Of a stretch of 64,000 nt of DNA, positions 60,001 to 64,000 are shown piece after piece. Position numbers and translations under genes: made by a program. The stretch spans positions 137,950,001-138,014,000 of the forward strand of contig OZ024743.1 of assembly GCA_964016885.1 (NCBI GenBank), written 5' to 3'. The notes under the pieces are model-generated. The model searched no databases and was not told the origin of the DNA. It was given only the letters and a program-made list of their open reading frames with translations. Within the stretch, counting starts at the first letter, position 1; each line of letters starts with the position of its first letter. The DNA is from Eledone cirrhosa (lineage: Eukaryota).

Positions 60001-63000
60001 TTGGCGTTTGCTCTTTGCTGTTTGGTGTTTGGTGCTTGCTGTTTGGTGTTTGGTGTTTGGTGTTTGGTGTTTGGTGCTTGCTGTTTGGAGCTTGGTGCTT
60101 GGTGTTTGGTCTTTGGTGTTTGGTGCTTGGTGCTTGGTGTTTGGTGCTTGGTGCTTGGTGCTTGGTGCTGGGTGTTTGGTGCTTGGTGCTTGGTGTTTGG
60201 TGCTTGGTGCTTGATGCTTGGTGCTTGGTGTTTGGTCCTTGGTGCTTGGTGCTTGGTCTTTGGTACTTGGGGTTTGGTGTTTGGTGCTTGGTGCTTGGTG
60301 TTTGGTGCTTGGTGCTTGGTGCTTGGTGTTTGGTGTTTGGTGCTTGCTGCTTGGTGCTTGGTGTTTGGTGCTTGGTGCTTGGTGATTAGTGTTTGGTGCA
60401 TGGTGCTTGGTGTTTGTTGTTTGGTGCTTGGTGCTTGGTGTTTGGTGCTTGGTGCTTGCTGTTTGGTGTTTAGTGTTTGGTGCTTGGTGCTTGGTGTTTG
60501 GTGTTTGGTGTTTGGTGTTTGGTGCTTGGTGCTTGGTGTTTGGAGCTTGGTGTTTGGTGCTTGGTGTATGTACTTGGTGCTTGGTGCTTGGTGTTTGGTG
60601 CTTGGTTCTTGGTGTTTGGTGCTTGGTGCTTGGTGCTTGGTGTTTGGTGCTTGGTGCTTGGTGTTTGGTACTTGGTGCTTGGTGTTTGGTGTTTGGTGTT
60701 TGGTGTTTGGTGCTTGGTGCTTGGTGCTTGGTGTTAAGTGTTTGGTGCTTGGTGCTTGGTGTTTGGTGCTTCGTGCTTGGTGCTTGGTGTTTGGTGCATG
60801 GTGCTTGATGTTTGGGGCTTGGTGCCTGGTGCTTGGTGTTTGGTGCTTGGTGCTTGGTGCTTGGTGTTTGGTGTTTGGTGCTTGGTGCTTGGTGTTTGGT
60901 GCTTGGTGCTTGGTGCTTGGTGTTCGGTGCTTGGTGCTAGGTGCTTGGTACTTGGTGTTAGGTTTTTGGTGCTTGGGGCTTGGTGTTTGATGTTTGGTCC
61001 TTGGTGCTTGGTGTTTGGTGTTTGGTGCTTGGTGCTTGGTGCTTGGTGTTTCGTGTTTGGTGCTTGCTGCTTGCTGCTTGGTGTTTGGTGCTTGGTGATT
61101 GGTGCTTGGTGTTTGGTGCTTGGTGGTTGGTGCTTGGTGTTTGGTGTTTGGTGCTAGGTGCTTGGTGCTTGGTGTTTGGTGCTTGGTGCTTGGTGTTTGG
61201 TGTTTGATGCTTGGTGCTTGGGGCTTGGTGTTTGGTGCTTGCTGCTTGGTGTTTGGTGCTTGCTGCTTGGTGTTTGTTGTTTGGTGTTTGGTGCTTGGTG
61301 TTTGGTGCTTGGTGCTTGGTGCTGGGTGGTTGATGTTTGGTGCTTGGTGCTTGGTGTTTGGTGCTTGGTGCTTGGTGCTTATTGTTTGGTGCTTGGTGCT
61401 TGGTGCTTGGTGCTTGGTCTTTGGTGCTTGGTGTTTGGTGTTTGGTGTTTGGTGTTTGTGCTTGGTGCTTGGTGCTTGGTGTTTGGTGCTAGGTGCATAA
61501 CGCTTGGTGTTTGGTGCTTGGTGCTTGGTGCTTGGTGATTAGTGTTTGGTGATTGGTGCTTGGGGTTTGGTGTTTTGTGTTTGCTGTTTGGTGTATGCGG
61601 TTTGGTGTCTGCTTTTTGGTGTTTGGTGTTTGCTGTATGGTGTTTGCTGTTTTGTGTTTCGTGTTTGCTGTTTGGTGTTTGGTGCTTGGTGCTTGGTGCT
61701 TGGTGTTTGGTGCTTGGTGCTTGGTGCTTGGTGTTTGGCGTTTGCTGTTTGCTGTTTGGTGTTTGGTGTTTGCTGTTTGGTGTTTGCTGTTTGGTGTTTG
61801 GTGCTTGGTGCTTGGTGGCTGGTGTTCGGTGCTTGGTGTTTGGATTTTGGTCCTTGGTGCTTGGTGCCTGGTGTTTCGTGCTTGGTGCTTGGTGTTTGGT
61901 GTTTGGTATTTGGTGCTTGGTGCTTGGTGCTTGGTGTTTGGTGGTTGGTGCTTGGTGCTTGGTGTTTAATGCTGCGTGCTTGGTGTTTGGTGTTTGGTGT
62001 TTGGTGCTTGGTGTTTGGTGATTGGAGCTTGGTGCCTGGTGCTTGTTGTTTGGTGCCTGGTGCTTGTTGTTTGGTGTTTGGTGCTTGGTGCTTGGTGTTT
62101 GGTGCTTGGTGCTTGGTGCTTGATGTTTGGTGCTTGGTGCTTGGTGTTTGGTGCTTGGTGCTTGGTGCTTGGTGCTTGGTGTTAGGTGTTTGGTGCTTGG
62201 TGCTTGGTGTTTGATGTTTGGTCCTTGGTGCTTGGTGTTTGGTGTTTGGTGCTTGGTGCTTGGTGTTTGGTGTTTTGTGTTTGGAGTTTGGTGCTTGGTG
62301 TTTGGTGCTTCGGGCTTGGTGCTTGGTGTTTGGTGCTTGGTGCTTGGTGTTTGGTGCTTGGTGCCTGGTGCTTGGTGTTTGGTGCTTGGTGCTTGGTGTT
62401 TGGTGATTGGTGCTTGGTGTTTGGTGCTTGGTGCTTGGTGCCTGGTGCTTGGTGTTAGGTGTTTGGTGCTTGGTGCTTGGTGTTTGATGTTTGGTCCTTG
62501 GTGCTTGGTGTTTGGTGTTTGGTGCTTGGTGTTTGGTGTTTGGTGTTTGGTGCTTGGTGCTTGGTGTTTGGTGCTTGCTGCCTGCTGCATGGGTTTTGGT
62601 GCTTGGTGATTGGTGCTTGGTGTTTTGCGCTTGGTGCTTGGTGTTTGGTGTTTGGTGTTTGGTGCTTGGTGCTTGGTGCTTGGTGCTTGGTGTTTGGTGC
62701 TGCGTGCTTGGTGTTTGGTGTCTGGAGTTTGGTGCTTGGTGCTTGGTGCCTGGTGTTTCGTGCTTGGTGCTTGGTGCTTGGTGTTTGGTGTTTGGTGCTT
62801 GGTGTTTGGTGCTTGGTGCCTGGTGCTTGGTGTTTGGTGCTTGGAGCTTGGTGTTTGGTGATTGGTGCTTGGTGTTTGGTGATTGGTGCTTGATGCTTGG
62901 TTCTTGGCGTTAGGTGTTTGGTGCTTGGTGCTTGGTGTTTGATGTTTGGTCCTTGGTGCTTGGTGTTTGGTGCTTGCTGCTTGCTGCTTGGTGTTTGGTG

Positions 63001-63300
63001 CTTGGTGTTTTGTGCTTGATGCTTGGTGTTTGTTGTTTGGTGCTAGGGGCTTAGTGCTTGGTGCTTGGTGTTTGGTGCTTGGTGCTTGCTGTTTGGTGTT
63101 TGGTGCTTGGTGCGTGGGACTTAGTGTTTGGTGTTTGGTGCTTGGTGTTTGGTGCTTGGTGTTTGGGGCTTGGTGTTCGGTGCTTGGTGCCTGGTGCTTG
63201 GGGCTTGGTGTTTGGTGTTTGGTGCTTGGTGCTTGGTGTTTGATGTTGGGTCCTTGGTGCTTGGTGCTTGGTGTTTGGTGCTTGGTGTTTGGTGCTTGGT
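48100..63300. repeat. Mosaic of diverged higher-order copies (offsets 908, 1754, 3335, 3803, 4699, ~5410 and 462 bp)
   Basis: ORF pairs 48144/49052, 48487/50241, 49626/52961, 50241/54044, 52961/57660, 55687/61099 and 59378/59840, plus shared landmark units. Confidence 0.75.
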
Positions 63301-64000
63301 GCTTGATGTTTGGTGTTTGGTTCTTGGTGCTTGGTGTTTGGTGTTTGGTGTTTGGTGCTTGGTGCTTGGTGCTTGGTGTTTGGTGCTTGGTGCATGGTGC
63401 TTGGTGCTGCGTGCTTGGTGTTTGGTGTTTGGTGCTTGGTGCCTGGTGCTTGTTGTTTGGTGTTTGGTGCTTAATGCTTGGTGTTTGGTGCTTGGTGCTT
63501 GGTGATTGGTTTTTGGTGCTTGGTGCTTGGTGCTTGGTATCTGGTGTTTGGTGCTTGATGTTTGGTGTTTGGTGCTTGCTGCTTGGCGCTTGGTGTTTGG
63601 TGTTTGGTGCTTGGTGCTTGGTGTTTGGTGCTTGGTGTTTGTTGTTTTGTGTTTGGTGTTTGGTGCTTGGTACCTGGTGCTTGGTGCTTGGTGCTTGTTG
63701 TTTGGTGCTTGGTGCTTGGTGATTAGTGTTTGGTGCTTGGTGCTTGCGGTTTGGTGTTTGGTGCTTGGGATTTGGTGTTTGCTGCTTGGTGCTTGGTGTT
63801 TGGTGCTTTGTGCTTGGTGCTTGGTGTTTGGTGCTTGGTGCTTGGAGTTTGGTGCTTGGTGCTTGGTGTTTGGTGTTTGGCATTTGCTGTTTGCTGTTTG
63901 CTTTTTGGTGTTTGCTGTTTGCTGTTTGCTGTTTGGTGTTTGCTGTTTGGTGCTTGATGTTTGGTGCTTGGTGCTTGGCGTTTGGTGTTTGGTGTTTGGT

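Larger units (their letters stand above)
1..64000. repeat. Heptamer satellite array (TTGGTGY)n, ~9,150 units, one orientation, running off both window ends
   Basis: Direct reading: TTGGTGC/TTGGTGT units throughout, with single-base variants (TTGATGC, TTGCTGT, TTCGTGC, TTGGGGC, TTGGTAC, TAAGTGT and others). A is nearly absent from the + strand. All ORF translations are the 7-aa periodic products of a 21-nt triple unit. Confidence 0.99.

Noticed and set aside
61379-63883. 834-aa minus-strand [A/T]P[S/N]TKHQ ORF resembling a mucin-like or CTD-like heptad protein
   Set aside because: The period is 7 nt rather than a multiple of 3. There is no unique N- or C-terminal domain and no codon-position bias in the variants. 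Long open frames are expected here by chance.
1-64000. CRISPR-like or repeat-spacer array suggested by recurring landmark cassettes
   Set aside because: There are no unique spacers, palindromic repeat, leader or cas genes. Everything between landmarks is the same heptamer.
1-64000. Whole window as a synthetic, rolling-circle or basecaller artefact
   Set aside because: Hierarchically shared variants, graded divergence among copies and exact phase arithmetic fit an evolved array better than a single-template concatemer or noise. Individual near-identical duplications still need read support.
1-64000. Promoters, terminators, hairpins, tRNA/rRNA, transposon ends or strand-switch points
   Set aside because: I found no RCACCAA tract on the + strand, hence no sizeable inverted repeats, and no non-repeat sequence that could hold such elements.

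Overview
The whole 64-kb window is one uninterrupted, single-orientation tandem array of the heptamer TTGGTGY (TTGGTGC and TTGGTGT intermixed; minus strand RCACCAA), roughly 9,150 units. I see no genes, RNA genes, transposons, CRISPR array or unique sequence. All listed ORFs are by-products of the repeat: three heptamers make 21 nt, giving LV[L/F]G[A/V]WC in all plus frames and [A/T]P[S/N]TKHQ in all minus frames, with no stop codon in the consensus. The real structure lies in the variant units. Rare variant heptamers and a few 6-bp units form ordered landmark cassettes, copied along the array as nested higher-order duplications with offsets of 70 bp to 16.3 kb. Every offset I checked equals a whole number of units once the 6-bp units are counted. 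The left ~20 kb is a mosaic of near-identical multi-kb copies. The right ~43 kb carries extra cassettes, and the last ~700 bp is the most degenerate. The best interpretation is a eukaryote-type simple satellite with irregular higher-order repeats (centromeric, pericentromeric or subtelomeric heterochromatin). The organism and function cannot be determined from this window, and I cannot support a new protein-based system. Coordinates come from manual reading and ORF-track offsets, so block ends are approximate.
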